This document shows positions 12,413-23,925 of a stretch of DNA of 44,697 bases, piece by piece. How positions within the stretch are numbered: the stretch's first letter is position 1; the number at the start of each line of letters is the position of its first letter. Source of the stretch: Catajapyx aquilonaris. Taxonomy: Eukaryota. The stretch spans positions 1 through 44,697 of the forward strand of contig JYFJ02003230.1 in the NCBI GenBank assembly GCA_000934665.2, in the 5' to 3' direction. The position numbers and the translations under genes are program-made. The notes under the pieces were generated by a model. It saw only the letters and a list, made by a program, of their open reading frames with translations. It had not been told where the DNA came from and did no database searches.

Positions 12413-14419
12413 CTATGGAAGTAGCCAACTCATGACCGGATCGTTCCGGATCGCTCCCCGTGTGAACCCAGCACCAACCAACACTTCCAGTAAGAACCCA
12501 AACAAAGACACACCCATGAACAACAACCACAAGTAAAAGATGTACGACAATTTGTCCACACTCAGAGATACGTTTGTCTGGTCCAATGTTGCGTACGGAT
12601 TTTCCCTCCTGGCTCTAAAATAGTTTTTGACAAACGTCCTGTAGTTGACGAGAGATTCGAGCTCTCCGAATAGATGAGCTTCAAACGATCGTTGGAAGTC
12701 CCTGTTCAAAACCTGCAAATTAACAATTAATTAATTAGTTAATAATATTAATTACAATAGCTATTTTTTTCATACCTGGAAGTGGATCTGATCACGTCCG
12801 AAACACGGTCCAGTGTAAGTGTTGAGTGGTGTTTCTGGCCAGAATAATGACATCGGATGACCTTTGCTGTCGATAAAGTAGTCTCGTTCCTTCTTGTACA
12901 AATAGTTGGCAGATAAGCACGCAAAGTTGCTGCTTAGAGATTTTTCCATGCAACTGTGAATTGTCTGAACAATTTCGGCGTGGTTCATCATGTCGTGGTA
13001 CACAGGACTCTCCAGATTTTGAATCATCAGAGAGTAGATCAGCGAGAGAGTGAAGGTACAGCCCCATGTCATACCGGACCTGTACAGTTCGTCGAAGGTT
13101 CCAGGCAGTGTTTCGGTGGCAGGAAAGGTGATTAATGTCACAAGCTTGCTTTTGTATCCGCACACTACAATGACAGCGTACAATGCGAAGCAGATGTAGA
13201 AGAGTTGAACAGCGTTGTCATTGTATGGCATCATTGGCTGCTCAATCATTTCACGTAGCAATACCTTCCAGTATCCCGTCCATCGTTGTGTGTCCATCAA
13301 GTACATTGCAACTGACGATACCACAAGTGTCGCTATCAACGCCAACCACATCGTTGCAGTGTACGGCTGCAAGACCACGTACCATTTGATGTCAGGTCTG
13401 GGCTTCCTAGTCACAAACCCTCCAAGCAGGTACATAACCGGGTACGACAGCATTGTCGCTTTGTGGGCCGTGTCAGTATAGTATATGAACACGGACATGT
13501 CAAGTTCGCGTTGAAGAACCGCCTTGGCTATACCGGTCAGACTTCCATTCGGATAATACTCGTTGAACCGAATATCCGGAATAACCACGGTCATCCGCAT
13601 GTTGTACTGACTCTCAGCCATAAGAATTATTTCCTCCTCGAACGAAACATCTCCTCCAATTTTCTTTCGGATCCTAGCTCCAGGCATATCTATACTTTCG
13701 ACATATCCGACTGTCCACTCCTGTCCATCCATGTCCAGGTTTGGCTCCGGAAACAACATCCGCTTCTCATAAATTGAGTGTCCGGAGTCAGTGTGTATCC
13801 ACAGTTGACCAGCATTAAAATTCGAGATAGTTTTGAACTTGATTCCTCGAACAGGGTCGGTCAGCAAGTACTTGTCAGGTTGACCATTTTGTATGTGGAT
13901 CCAGACAGGATCGTACAGATTTCTTATGATGATGTGTGCTGCAGTGTGCATGATCAGTTCCGGTACACTGGACCCATTTTTAGATAGGATCAGGTTGAAA
14001 GAGCAGGATCCTCCAGGCCACAATCCGGACCTGAGCTCTGGAGGTTGTGTCCTGAAGGACAACAGATGCTCCCTTTTCCATACCCAGGGATAGTCCTTAG
14101 GGTCAAAGGTGAACAGGTCCATTCTGCTGATCACAACAGGTAGGTGTCTCATCCGGTTCCATACAAGCACATCTAGAAGAGCAAACTCCAAATCCGGATA
14201 ATCAAGAGCAAACACCAGGGAGCACTCCGGATATTTAGTGGTCAACACATCCTTAATAACTCCAGCTAATGTGTCTGCCTCCGTCTTCTTGTCCAACAGG
14301 ACTGGCACACCCTGTAGGTCCACACAATTTTATGCAAAGTAATAACTACTGATCAAACAGTGTCTTACCTTGGATTTTGCAGAAGGAATGGCTAAAATAA
14401 GAACCATGCAAAGTAACAT
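12413..14419 (-). CDS. Divergent ionotropic receptor (IR, iGluR-related chemoreceptor), ~628 aa, 3 exons: 14419-14369, 14311-12776, 12712-12413
   Basis: Signal peptide MLLCMVLILAIPSA. S1-like segment NGSLTGIAKAVLQRELDM, pre-M1/M1 VLQPYTATMWLALIATL, M3 GYKSKLVTLITFP...TFDEL, M4 LSVDKLSYIFYLWL. In-phase GT-AG introns of 57 and 63 nt. Confidence 0.85.
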
Positions 14420-14989
14420 ATTTGGGCAGACTGTCAAAACTGTACTGTAGAAGTACTGTAATGTCGGTTTATATATGACATATTTTATATTGCGAAGTAC
14501 CACTGTAATCGGCCCTCTCATGTAGGTGTAAATTGACAGTAATATTCGCCTTGGATATTATAATTTTGAAGCGTGCAGGAAAATTGTCTGTCACTTTGAC
14601 AGATGGTCACCAATATGTCCCAATAATTACATAGTTTCGGTTTTAGTATCGCCAAATCTCAACTCAACCTGGCAATTTACTATAGTTTCAAGCTATAAAA
14701 ATTGACCGTCGTTTCATGACTTATGTCAGTGTGTCATGACGTTTCCATCGATCTAGGACTTAGTCGATAGTCGTTGTGGCTGTCAAATGAGTAAAATGAC
14801 GTCCGAAATTAATTGAACCAGGTACTTATGCCACCATTCCTCGTGTCCCTGGTTTGAATATTCAAATACTAGTACACGAGAATCTTCTGGTGACTGGTCC
14901 GATGCACGCAGAGGATATAATGTTATGATCAGTTTTAATTAGGAGGATTATGTACAAAATGTAATTGAATTGTGAGGTGTGCCATTTAA

Positions 14990-15230
14990 AACAAATATTG
15001 TGTAATGCAAGTCCTTCGACAAACTCACATTCGAATTCATACAGGAGAGCATCATTGTGAAGCTTGCCATAAAAAATTTCGCCAGTCTCAGAATTGTTCT
15101 CATCATCGGAAAAAAAAGTCTTATAGACCTGATCTGTCTGTCTGTCCGTCCGTCTGTGGACAAGTAGCAGAACCTCCAAAAGATAGCGACAAACGGTTTT
15201 CATATTCGGATTCAGCGTGACCTAAATATA
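14990..15230. mobile_element. Probable DINE/HINE-like (Helentron-associated) repeat fragment
   Basis: (CTGT)n(CCGT)n microsatellite at 15133-15156 followed by TTTTCATATTCGGATTCAGCG. Recognised by resemblance only; boundaries uncertain. Confidence 0.35.
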
Positions 15231-15489
15231 GGTGCCATGGTCAACTTCTCGGTGACCCGCCACGGTTTCCCGGGTTCACTATGCAACAATAGGAGTAAAC
15301 GGAGTCAACAGTGTCAACAAAAAAGAACAATGCGCCAACAATTGGTCCAGAGGTGCGTTTGCCACAAAACGATGACGTCAGATCGTTCTTTCCCATAGTA
15401 ACGAACTGCAATAATAAAATCACATTCGAACGATTCGAACTTTGCCTATAGATCCATCGAACGGATGTCGATATTTTTCAAGTTCCGGT

Positions 15490-15860
15490 GAGACGGAAGC
15501 CCTTATTCGGGAGTCCTGCTGTCCGTACAGTATACCGTGAGGTGAAGGTACAGCGCACTGCTAGAGCTAGTTCATGACCCGTCTATTTACATCCGATTTA
15601 CTTCCAGGGTGACCACACAGCAGGACGGATCCTCGATGGTGACTGGAAGAGGACAAGTCATGATCTGGTGAATCTGGTGTAGAGTGAGTGTGGACATACT
15701 AATTTTTAGGTAAGTGAAGCATCATGTAATACCGGTAATGACTTCAGTGTACCAATGGAATTGTCTCTTCATGTGTGGAGAAAGTAATCTACAGGATTAT
15801 TCCTCACTATGTTGTTGAAGTTCGGTTGGGATAACATCATTATTATTATTATTCCTGCAG
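15490..15860 (+). promoter_or_regulatory. Shared 5'UTR cassette, copy E (for copy 5)
   Basis: GAGGTGAAGGTACAGCGCACTG, TTTACTTCCAG acceptor ending 15607, donor GTGAGT at 15684 (or GTAAGT at 15710), start-proximal acceptor TTCCTGCAG ending 15860. Confidence 0.6.
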
Positions 15861-15879
15861 CTGGTCATACTGCCGAGAA

Positions 15880-16890
15880 ATGGCTCACGCCCAACACATC
15901 GTCTTGACCCAACAAACTCAGCCATTCTGTTTCAAGTGGACTATTGAAAAATATAGCTTTTTAGTGCAGAAGAACAATATTACATCTGAACCATTCACTA
16001 CTGATGGACCTCGACCAAGAAGGTGGGTGATGGAGCTCTATCCCAGAGGCGATGGTAGTGAATGTAGTGGTCATCTCTCACTTTTTCTCACCTATTGTCA
16101 TGATCAAGCAGATGATGAAGTCACAACTTCAAGAAAGTTCACTATCAAGAGTGCCACCAACAATGACTATTCATCAGGTCCAACTGTTCAGGTGTATGAC
16201 AGGAAAACGAACTCCATTACCTGGGGTTATCCTCAATTTATTACGACCAAAATGTTGGAACAGAGGGCATCAGACCTCATTCCTAATGGTACACTTACCT
16301 TGATTTGTGAGGGAGAGATCTTGTTGGAAAGAGAAGGAGTGAAGGAGAGCACTGAAGGTTGTGGCACTGGTTTATCTGAAGATGTGCAGCAATATTTGAA
16401 GTCAGTGAATAGAGATGTAACATTGGTTGCAGATGGGTTCGAGATTCCAGTGCACCAGTTTATTCTTTGTGCTCGAAGCCCAGTGTTTGCAGCAATGTTT
16501 GAGCATGACACGGAAGAAAAAAGGACAGGCCAGGTCATGATCAAGGACCTCCAGCCAGAGGTGGTGCAAAGCCTTGTTCACTTCATGTACTCTGATCAAG
16601 CCCCAGAAGACATGCAAATTGAGTTGGCAATGAAACTCCTTGTAGCTGCAGATAAGTATCAGATTCTTCGTCTGAAGTACTCGTGTGAGCTTCACCTTAC
16701 AGAATGTTTAACTGTGGAAAAAGTACTGGGCATTCTGGAATTGGCCATGATGCATGACTCACCAAGAGTGAAGGAAGGGTGTTTGAAGTTTGTCAAATAC
16801 AATGCTGAAGAGCTGAAGGAGTCTCAGGCTTGGAAAGAGTGCACCAATGTTGAAATCATGAGGATTCTTTTTGATTACTGTGTTATGTAG
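15880..16890 (+). CDS. SPOP-like MATH-BTB protein copy 5 (336 aa, intact)
   Basis: Complete MATH (HLSLFL, WGYPQF) and BTB (VHQFILCARSPVFAAMFEH, AADKYQILRLK). Confidence 0.93.
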   Translation: MAHAQHIVLTQQTQPFCFKWTIEKYSFLVQKNNITSEPFTTDGPRPRRWVMELYPRGDGSECSGHLSLFLTYCHDQADDEVTTSRKFTIKSATNNDYSSGPTVQVYDRKTNSITWGYPQFITTKMLEQRASDLIPNGTLTLICEGEILLEREGVKESTEGCGTGLSEDVQQYLKSVNRDVTLVADGFEIPVHQFILCARSPVFAAMFEHDTEEKRTGQVMIKDLQPEVVQSLVHFMYSDQAPEDMQIELAMKLLVAADKYQILRLKYSCELHLTECLTVEKVLGILELAMMHDSPRVKEGCLKFVKYNAEELKESQAWKECTNVEIMRILFDYCVM

Positions 16891-17858
16891 GATAATTTGA
16901 TGCAGATATTATTTCCAAGCACTGCATAGGCCTAATATTACTTTTTAGTCGTTGATTACCAGTGTTTTTTTGGATCCATGTAATTGTGCCACATAAAATT
17001 ATCTCATTTATCATATAGGTAGGCCTATGTGCTTACAGTATGTAAATGCAGATGTAAGGTGCTTTTTTTCTTCTTCAAAATTATCACAATTACCGGTTCT
17101 GCAAAATAATGATTTTTTTAAACAAACATCTTCCACTACTTTTTCTGAACAATGTACACTATGACCAAATTAATTTTCACTAAAGGGGATGTCTTGTTTG
17201 TCCCTAAATATCCTAACCCTGAATGGATGAATAGTTGAATACATCAGCTAGCCTGATATTGTAGTAGTCATAGTACTTGTTCTTTGTCAGTTACACATCT
17301 ATAGTCATGAGCATGTGTTCATGTAGAGTGTGCACTGTGCAGACTCCAATTATTATTGAGTGATGGCTGATATGGTCATGATGGTTATTACTTTGCTTGC
17401 ACCTGAAGTTTAGTTATGTGTTGTATTTAGCAAATGGTGTTATGTAGCATAGTAATGATTGCAATGTTATTCATATGGATGTAAAATAATAAATTGTAAT
17501 GGAATGGAATGTGAGAATAAAAATAATGTAGTGTAGTTTTGCACAAATTAAAATGCATGTGTAATATATTATTTTTAATCCTCATGAGCTGCTATGGAGA
17601 CACGTTAGACTTCCTTCATAGCTTGGCTGAAATAACTCCCCATAATAACATCAAGATAGCAATAAGGGAACATAATTCACACCAAATAAAATTCAGTCAC
17701 TGATAAATAACAAAACATGCATTTCACTCTGTATTAATTTAATTTCTGTGTGTAATCAAGGAAGACACGGTACTGTTTTAGGATACATAGAGGGCAGTTA
17801 GAGCTGCTGGTATTGGAGTGTTCTAAAGTATCCTCGGAAGTCTCTCGGGACTAGACAG

Positions 17859-18464
17859 CTAAGAGACGTATATTTTGTCCCTTGTGCGGATGTGCTTTCC
17901 GCATGTGGGACACTTCACAAATATGATTTCGCACTGCAGGCAGCACAGGACATGGCCGCAAGGACGAAAAGCGATGCGCAGATCGTTCACCTGGCACACC
18001 TTACACAGATGTGCGTTTGTGATGTTCCTCTCTAGAATAAAAAGTACAGTGTTACTGGTAAAAATAATAGGAAAATGGCACCGGCTTTTCTTAGGCAGAG
18101 AAAATAATGGGTTCGATCCCCATTCCAATCATTTGCAGCTTGTTATTTATTATTGACTTTGTGTGGTGCAACCCGCAGTATAAGCAGTGCATGCAAATGA
18201 CAGGATGGATTATTCAGTAAATAATATCAAAGCATTTCCTCTACCTGCTATGAGGCTTTCCCCGGTTGCTCCATTGCGTGAAGTCACTGTGTCCATATCG
18301 CACATGGTTCCTTGGTCTCTAGTCTCTTTCTGCAGATTCTCTCTAGTCTCTTTCTGCAGATTCTGGCGAGAGTTGTAGCTGCGTTTTGGGCGGCGGACAC
18401 TGGACGTTTCTCCCTTGGAACTGCTGGAGGCAGCACGGCCACGTTTGCACGTCCTATTGGGCAT
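17859..18464 (-). CDS. Small RING-finger protein with an IAP-type C-terminal C3HC4 RING and no BIR; ~130 aa, exons 18464-18245 and 18031-17859
   Basis: CKVC...IAFRPCGHVLCCLQC....KCPTCGKHIRTRDKIYVS*. Phase-1 GT..AG intron joins the two ORFs in frame. An acceptor TTCTTCAG lies just before the ATG. Confidence 0.75.
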
Positions 18465-19084
18465 GGCGCTGAAGAATAACATTGTATACTACTTATTAGT
18501 ACATTTAGGTAATCGGCAGTGTTCTTAATAACACGTTTTTAATTATTAAAATATATTAAGTCATGCAGATCATGCACAGAATCGCTAATTGTAGGTAAAT
18601 TATTCACAAATGAATTTTTCGAATTAAATTGTGAATACCATATTTGATATGGGATTCAGCCAACCTTCGGCTATCAGTTCGATGACAATTAATGGGTACA
18701 ATAGTATTATTGGATGCACCTTACATAATTGAAGCATGCTTTAAGAAAGTAAATCCAGCATTTCATGGGTAATAAGGGATAACAACTTCAGGAATAAAAT
18801 TTCAAGTAGCAATGAAAAACCCTAAGAACTAAACCATATGTGCCACATATTCTCACCTGTGATTGTTATCAGCTATCCAAGCACTAACTCGTGCCTACTG
18901 TTGATAAAATGATGTATGGCAGGGTCTATATTATGTAATTTGGAAACGTATATTAGAATAAAATTTTCAGGTAAAACTATTGCCTGCGATCAGAATGTTC
19001 AAACAATATTGTGTACGCTCAGCTGCCTAGCAACCAGACCGTATACAGTACTTATTACAGTAATGTCGAAGGTATTGCATACAG

Positions 19085-19332
19085 CATACTCACCTTAGCG
19101 GCCACCCGGGCTTAGTGGACGTTTATAAAGGCCCACTACCCGGACTATGTATAGGGAGCGCCGCCATCTTCAGCGTGTCGTACTCCCGCTAACCCCACTT
19201 TCCCCCATCTCTCTCCCATCGCCACGTCCCACTCGCTCCCCTGCCCGCTTGCTGGATAGACGCGTCCGCCTATAGCTCCTGCTTACGATAGACCGACGCG
19301 ATAGACTTTCTGCCACGATTTGCTAAATCGCG
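19085..19332. promoter_or_regulatory. Putative bidirectional promoter between the RING gene and the kinase gene
   Basis: CpG-rich patch with YY1/Pho-like CGCCATCTT at 19162-19170. A minus-strand donor AG|GTGAGT at ~19088-19095 implies a non-coding first exon for the RING gene. Confidence 0.5.
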
Positions 19333-21584
19333 ATGGCTCAACAGGAGATGAATAAGGCGGCCAGCATGTTGGGAAAGAGGAAGCGAGAGGAAGATGAGGA
19401 TGGGGTGAGTTTGATGCAGGATTGTATACTCATGCGGGAAGCAAGTTTCGAAGTCATTTTCTGCGTATATTTGCGTTCGAGAAACATTATTTTCGGATAC
19501 AAATATATGCGGAAAATAGCGGAAAATCTGCTGCCCGCTAATATGAGTATGGGGATGGGTGGGCTGAGCAGGGATTGTGGGCATTTTGCACAGCAATTTT
19601 CAATTGCCCAGTCCCAGTACTTGAGCTAGGCCTAGTGCCGATACTGGGTATGGTACTAGGCCTAGGTCCAAAAGAAAGTACTGGGTGAGGGCTAGCACAA
19701 AGAGCCGAGGCTATATGCCTAGAACAAGGCTATACCTAGTACAGACCTGAGGCTATGCCTCGAACAGAACCAGGGCTATGCCTAGTGCAGAACAAAAGCT
19801 ATATAGGCCTAGAACAAAGAACTGACTCATGAGAGTAGGCCTATTGCCATTATGGGGTACTTGTTTATCGGCTTTATTGTTTTTATATGAGTGAGCAATG
19901 CTGGATGCAAAATACTTTGATCCGCATTTGAAAATTGATATTCACTCCTTCAGCAAGTAATGCGAACAGCTCAAATTCCTGCGCCTGTATATTATTTTGA
20001 AATAAATCTCCCAATTAATGATATTGCAGGTTTTTTATATGCTCCTTTCTTTTTTCAGGGCGAGATTCTTGCTCATCGTGACCGTTTCCGGGTGACTAAT
20101 GGTGCAGAGTATGTCATCGGGGGCATTTTGGGGAAGGGAGTGTATGGCGAGGTGAGGAGATGCCAGAGGCAGTCAACCAGTGTGTATGCCAACATGCTGG
20201 GTGAAGTGAATGGTCGCTTTGCTGATGTTGTGGCGCTGAAGGTACAAGATGGTCGGAAACGTCTTCAATTTAACAAGGAGGTGGACATGATGACCATGCT
20301 GCAGGATGACGATGGCTTTGATGATGGCTACAACCACAACATCATCAGACTGTTGGACCACTTCATGTACCGAGGCCACTGTTGTATGGTGATGGAGATC
20401 ATGCAAAAGGACTTGTGGACACTCCTGAACGAGCAGCCCGAGCAATGCTTCACGTCAAGGCAGACGTCTGTTGTGGCAAAGCAAATTTTGACTGCCTTGG
20501 ATTGGATGAAGGTAAGTGTGTCGACACATCGACGCCTAAGGATTATATTGTCGTATGTCCACGTTTTAACAATGGACATACGACAATATAATCCTTATGC
20601 GTCGACATTTTGTGCCCCATTGCATTAAATAATATTGCATTAAATAAAATTGCATTAATTAAAACCATTCTTGTTTTAGGACTGGGGCATGATCCATGTG
20701 GATCTGAAACTTGACGATGTTCTGGTGGATGCCTCGGACCCTGACAACTGGAGAGTGAAGGTGGCCGATTTTGGACTGGCTTTTTTTACTGATGAGGTGA
20801 AGAAGTACAAGGGAGTGGACATCCAGCCTTACCCAAATAAGGCCCCAGAAGTATTTCTTGGTAAGTAGGCCTATTAGTTGTCCGGCCCCAATGCACGATT
20901 CATTTTCCTTCAAGATTGTAACATCGCTTTTCTTTTCACAGGCGCAGACATAACCGAGGCCATAGATGTTTGGTCGCTTGGGTGCATGTGCTGCGGCATG
21001 ATCTTCGGAGCAAAGTGCAAAGTGTTCAGCCCGCAGCCGCCACTTGTCACCCTGCACATGTGGAGGGTCCTTTGCGGAGAGATCCCGGAGAAGGTTCTGA
21101 TGCATGGAACTCACACGAAAGACTTCTGCCAGAACATGGGCCAGAATAAGTATGCTCTGAGGCATTACTTCAGCAAGGTATGCTTGTTGCTCTAATTTGA
21201 ACTGTCATAGTCTGCATTCATGTTCGTTTCATTGATTCTAATAAGTAATTTTTTAAAGGGCGACCCCAATGATCGCGCCATTGCTCTCACTCTCCTGACC
21301 AAGGCTGGGATCTTATCCTTTTCGGACAAGGTGGATGAGGACTGTGCAGAGTTTCTGCATGCCTGCCTGGACATGGATCCTGTAAGTACCATTTTCTCAA
21401 TTTATATTGCCAGTCCAGTATTTTTTTTTTAAATAATGGGGTAATGTTCTTTCGTCCCCTAATTGCCAGTCCAGCACAATATGCCACAATGCTAATGGTA
21501 ATTTTTTTTTTCACATTCCAGGATCAGCGTGTAATTCCACGAGATGCCCTTCGCATGAAATTCATCCAAGAAGGCGGAGCCTGA
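19333..21584 (+). CDS. Divergent CMGC (HIPK/DYRK-like) Ser/Thr protein kinase, ~375 aa, 6 exons: 19333-19404, 20059-20511, 20680-20860, 20942-21177, 21259-21381, 21522-21584
   Basis: LGKGVYGEV, VALK, helix-C Glu (FNKEV), IHVDLKLDD, VKVADFG, KAPEVFLG, EAIDVWSLGC, LDMDP-DQR. All five introns are GT-AG and in phase. N-terminal basic motif KRKRE. Confidence 0.88.
19685..19825. repeat. Degenerate minisatellite (~20-30-bp units, core GGCTATATGCCTAGAACA) in kinase intron 1
   Basis: About five imperfect copies visible in tandem. Confidence 0.6.
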
Positions 21585-21905
21585 AGTCTTAAGTTGCATG
21601 GGCTGCAACTTGTTCAATGACACCCTTCACTACCAGAAGGAAGAGAAGACGACATGTGACTGCATGGCTACCCGTGACTCAGGTTGAAGTCTGGTGGACC
21701 TACGAGGACAAGGCCATCGAAGCTATGGCTGCTTCATAACAGTAAGGAATACACTTGTGTAAGACTGGATTTCAAAGTAAGTCAACTTTATTTCGGAATT
21801 GATGATGCAAATCAGGATAGAGAAGGTTTATTTTAATATGTGCTTTTAGCATATATATTTTTATTTCGGAACTTGGGTGCTTATCAGGAAAGAAAATTTC
21901 ACATT

Positions 21906-22277
21906 TGTGTGTGTGTGTGTGATCAGGTCTTGACTAAGGTCTGGGGACGGAAGTCTGTGGTTTTACTGTAGCTGTGGGGACCAGTTCCAATTGTGGGGAC
22001 ATTTGTCGGTCCCCACAGTCTCACACACGCGAAGTGTACCGTTACAGTGGGGACATGTGTAAATTAGTGGGGACATGTCCCCACTATTTTCATTTGTAGG
22101 TTTTCACAAAAGTCCATTTTTCTCAGCCTAGGTTACTTAGGGTAGGGTAGGTTAGGTAGGATAGGTTAGGTTAGGTTAGGTTAGGTTAGGTTAGGTTAGG
22201 TTAGGTTAGGTTAGATCAGTTAACACTCGCAGTGAAAAGTGATCAATGTCCGTCCCCACGCCTTAGTCAAGACAAGA

Positions 22278-22309
<32 letters not shown>
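21906..22309. mobile_element. Non-autonomous inverted-repeat element carrying (TTAGG)n, lying between (TG)n tracts
   Basis: 24-bp IRs at 21928-21951 and 22249-22272 (2 mismatches), repeated GTGGGGAC/GTCCCCAC motifs, 9 perfect TTAGG units at 22166-22210, (TG)n on both sides. Confidence 0.7.
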
Positions 22310-22311
<2 letters not shown>

Positions 22312-23023
22312 TATTGCACATTTTAATTTCGGAACTGGATGGTGTTTATTAGGAAAGAAAGTCTTTATTTTGATATGACCATGCAGCATGTCTATTTGTA
22401 AATAACTGCAGTCATCAGTGTGTGTAGAGTGGATGGTATGACAGGGTCGAATGACTGACTGGATGTAACTGTCTTAAGGAATGAACTTATGTAGATTTTT
22501 TTCAAAGCAGGGCTTCAGTTTGGAACTGTAAGATGTTTATCAGGAAAGAAATTATGCATTTTTATGTGTGGATGTTGTGCATAGTGCATGATAGGATGGA
22601 ATGATTTTATGGGTATGTCTTGATGATTTTCTTTGGGTGTTTTTGTGCACGTAATTCGACTGTGGTGTTATTAACTGTTCTGTTTTGAATGTTTTATGTG
22701 GAAGGATAAAAATCACATTAATTTTTAGCTATGACCATCATGTTAGGGATTAGACAGGTATTGCTTGGGCATGTTTGAGAATATTTGCAGGTCTGTGGGT
22801 GTGTCCACTAGGGCTGATTGGATTCCAACCGAGGGTGATGCACAGCTTATGACATAGCTGGCAGAAGAATGAGCACAGAGACACCTGTTCCCATCCTCTG
22901 CCTATGACCCTGGATGCCATGTTCCATCGTATAATTATTATGATGCCACAAGCCTGCCGTCTTGCTGGCCTGGGCTGTCACATCATTCTGCCAACAATTA
23001 TTCCTCGGCTCATCACCCATATA

Positions 23024-23925
23024 CAGGGTGATCCAACTCTATGGCACCAGTAGTTATTGGAAAAATCGCGCAAGCTGCTTGTTTATAAGCAGGTCGTTGC
23101 TAAGAGATGCTTTCTGGCTCTTTCTGGAGAATCGGGAATAGCACCTGCTGATATTAGGTCCAATGCCCATGTAACAATATTAATGAGGGGGAAAAGGGTC
23201 ACCCGTGGGAAACAGGCCTGTTCTGGTGTTCGCTGGAGGGTTTCACATGAGGTCACTAGCTGCCAAACCAGAGGCCTAATCCGTCGGAACTGGACAGACC
23301 CGGGTGTGTCGATAAATAGGCCTTCTGGTCTGTTCATTGTTGGCCGCTGTTGGCGCAACAGGGACAGGTCAACAGGCAGCGTTGTTTAGTTACCAGTCTT
23401 AGCACCTGCTGATATTAGGTCCAATGCCCATGCATGTACCAATTAATGAGAGAATGCCCAATGCAGACTGTACTGTTAGAACCCTAGAAGCCCTTGGGCG
23501 GCCCTCAAACAGGCCCCCTGAGTAAGGCACGTCCTGGTCCCGACTCTACAAGAACCGTTTATTTACTGGTAACTAAACAACGCTGCCTGTTGACCTGTCT
23601 CAGTTGCGCCAACTGCGGCCAACAATGAACAGACCAGAAGGCCTATTTATTGACACACCCGGGTCTGTCCAGTTCCGACGGATTAGGCCTTTGGTTTGGC
23701 AGCTAGTGACCTCATGTGAAACCCTCCTGCGAACACCAGAACAGGCCTGTTTCCCACTGATGACCCTTTTTTCCCTCATTAATTGTTACATGGGCATTGG
23801 ACCTAATATCAGCAGGTGCTATTCCCGATTCTCCAGAAAGTATCTCTTAGCAACGACCTGCTTATAAACAAGCAGCTTGCTGATATTTCCAATAACTGTT
23901 TGTGCCATAGAGTTGGATCACCCTG
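23024..23925. mobile_element. Foldback-like MITE with ~360-370-bp inverted arms and Tc1/mariner-type ends
   Basis: TA|CAGGGTGATCCAACTCTATGGCAC ... GTGCCATAGAGTTGGATCACCCTG|TA. Arms 23024-23397 and 23567-23925 are near-perfect reverse complements. Confidence 0.85.

Noticed and set aside
22136..22214. True telomere or chromosome fusion site
   Set aside because: Only ~9 perfect units in one orientation, enclosed in an inverted-repeat element.
23057..23867. Paired ORFs MRQ.RPTMNRPEG... on opposite strands
   Set aside because: A by-product of the palindromic element, with no recognisable domain.
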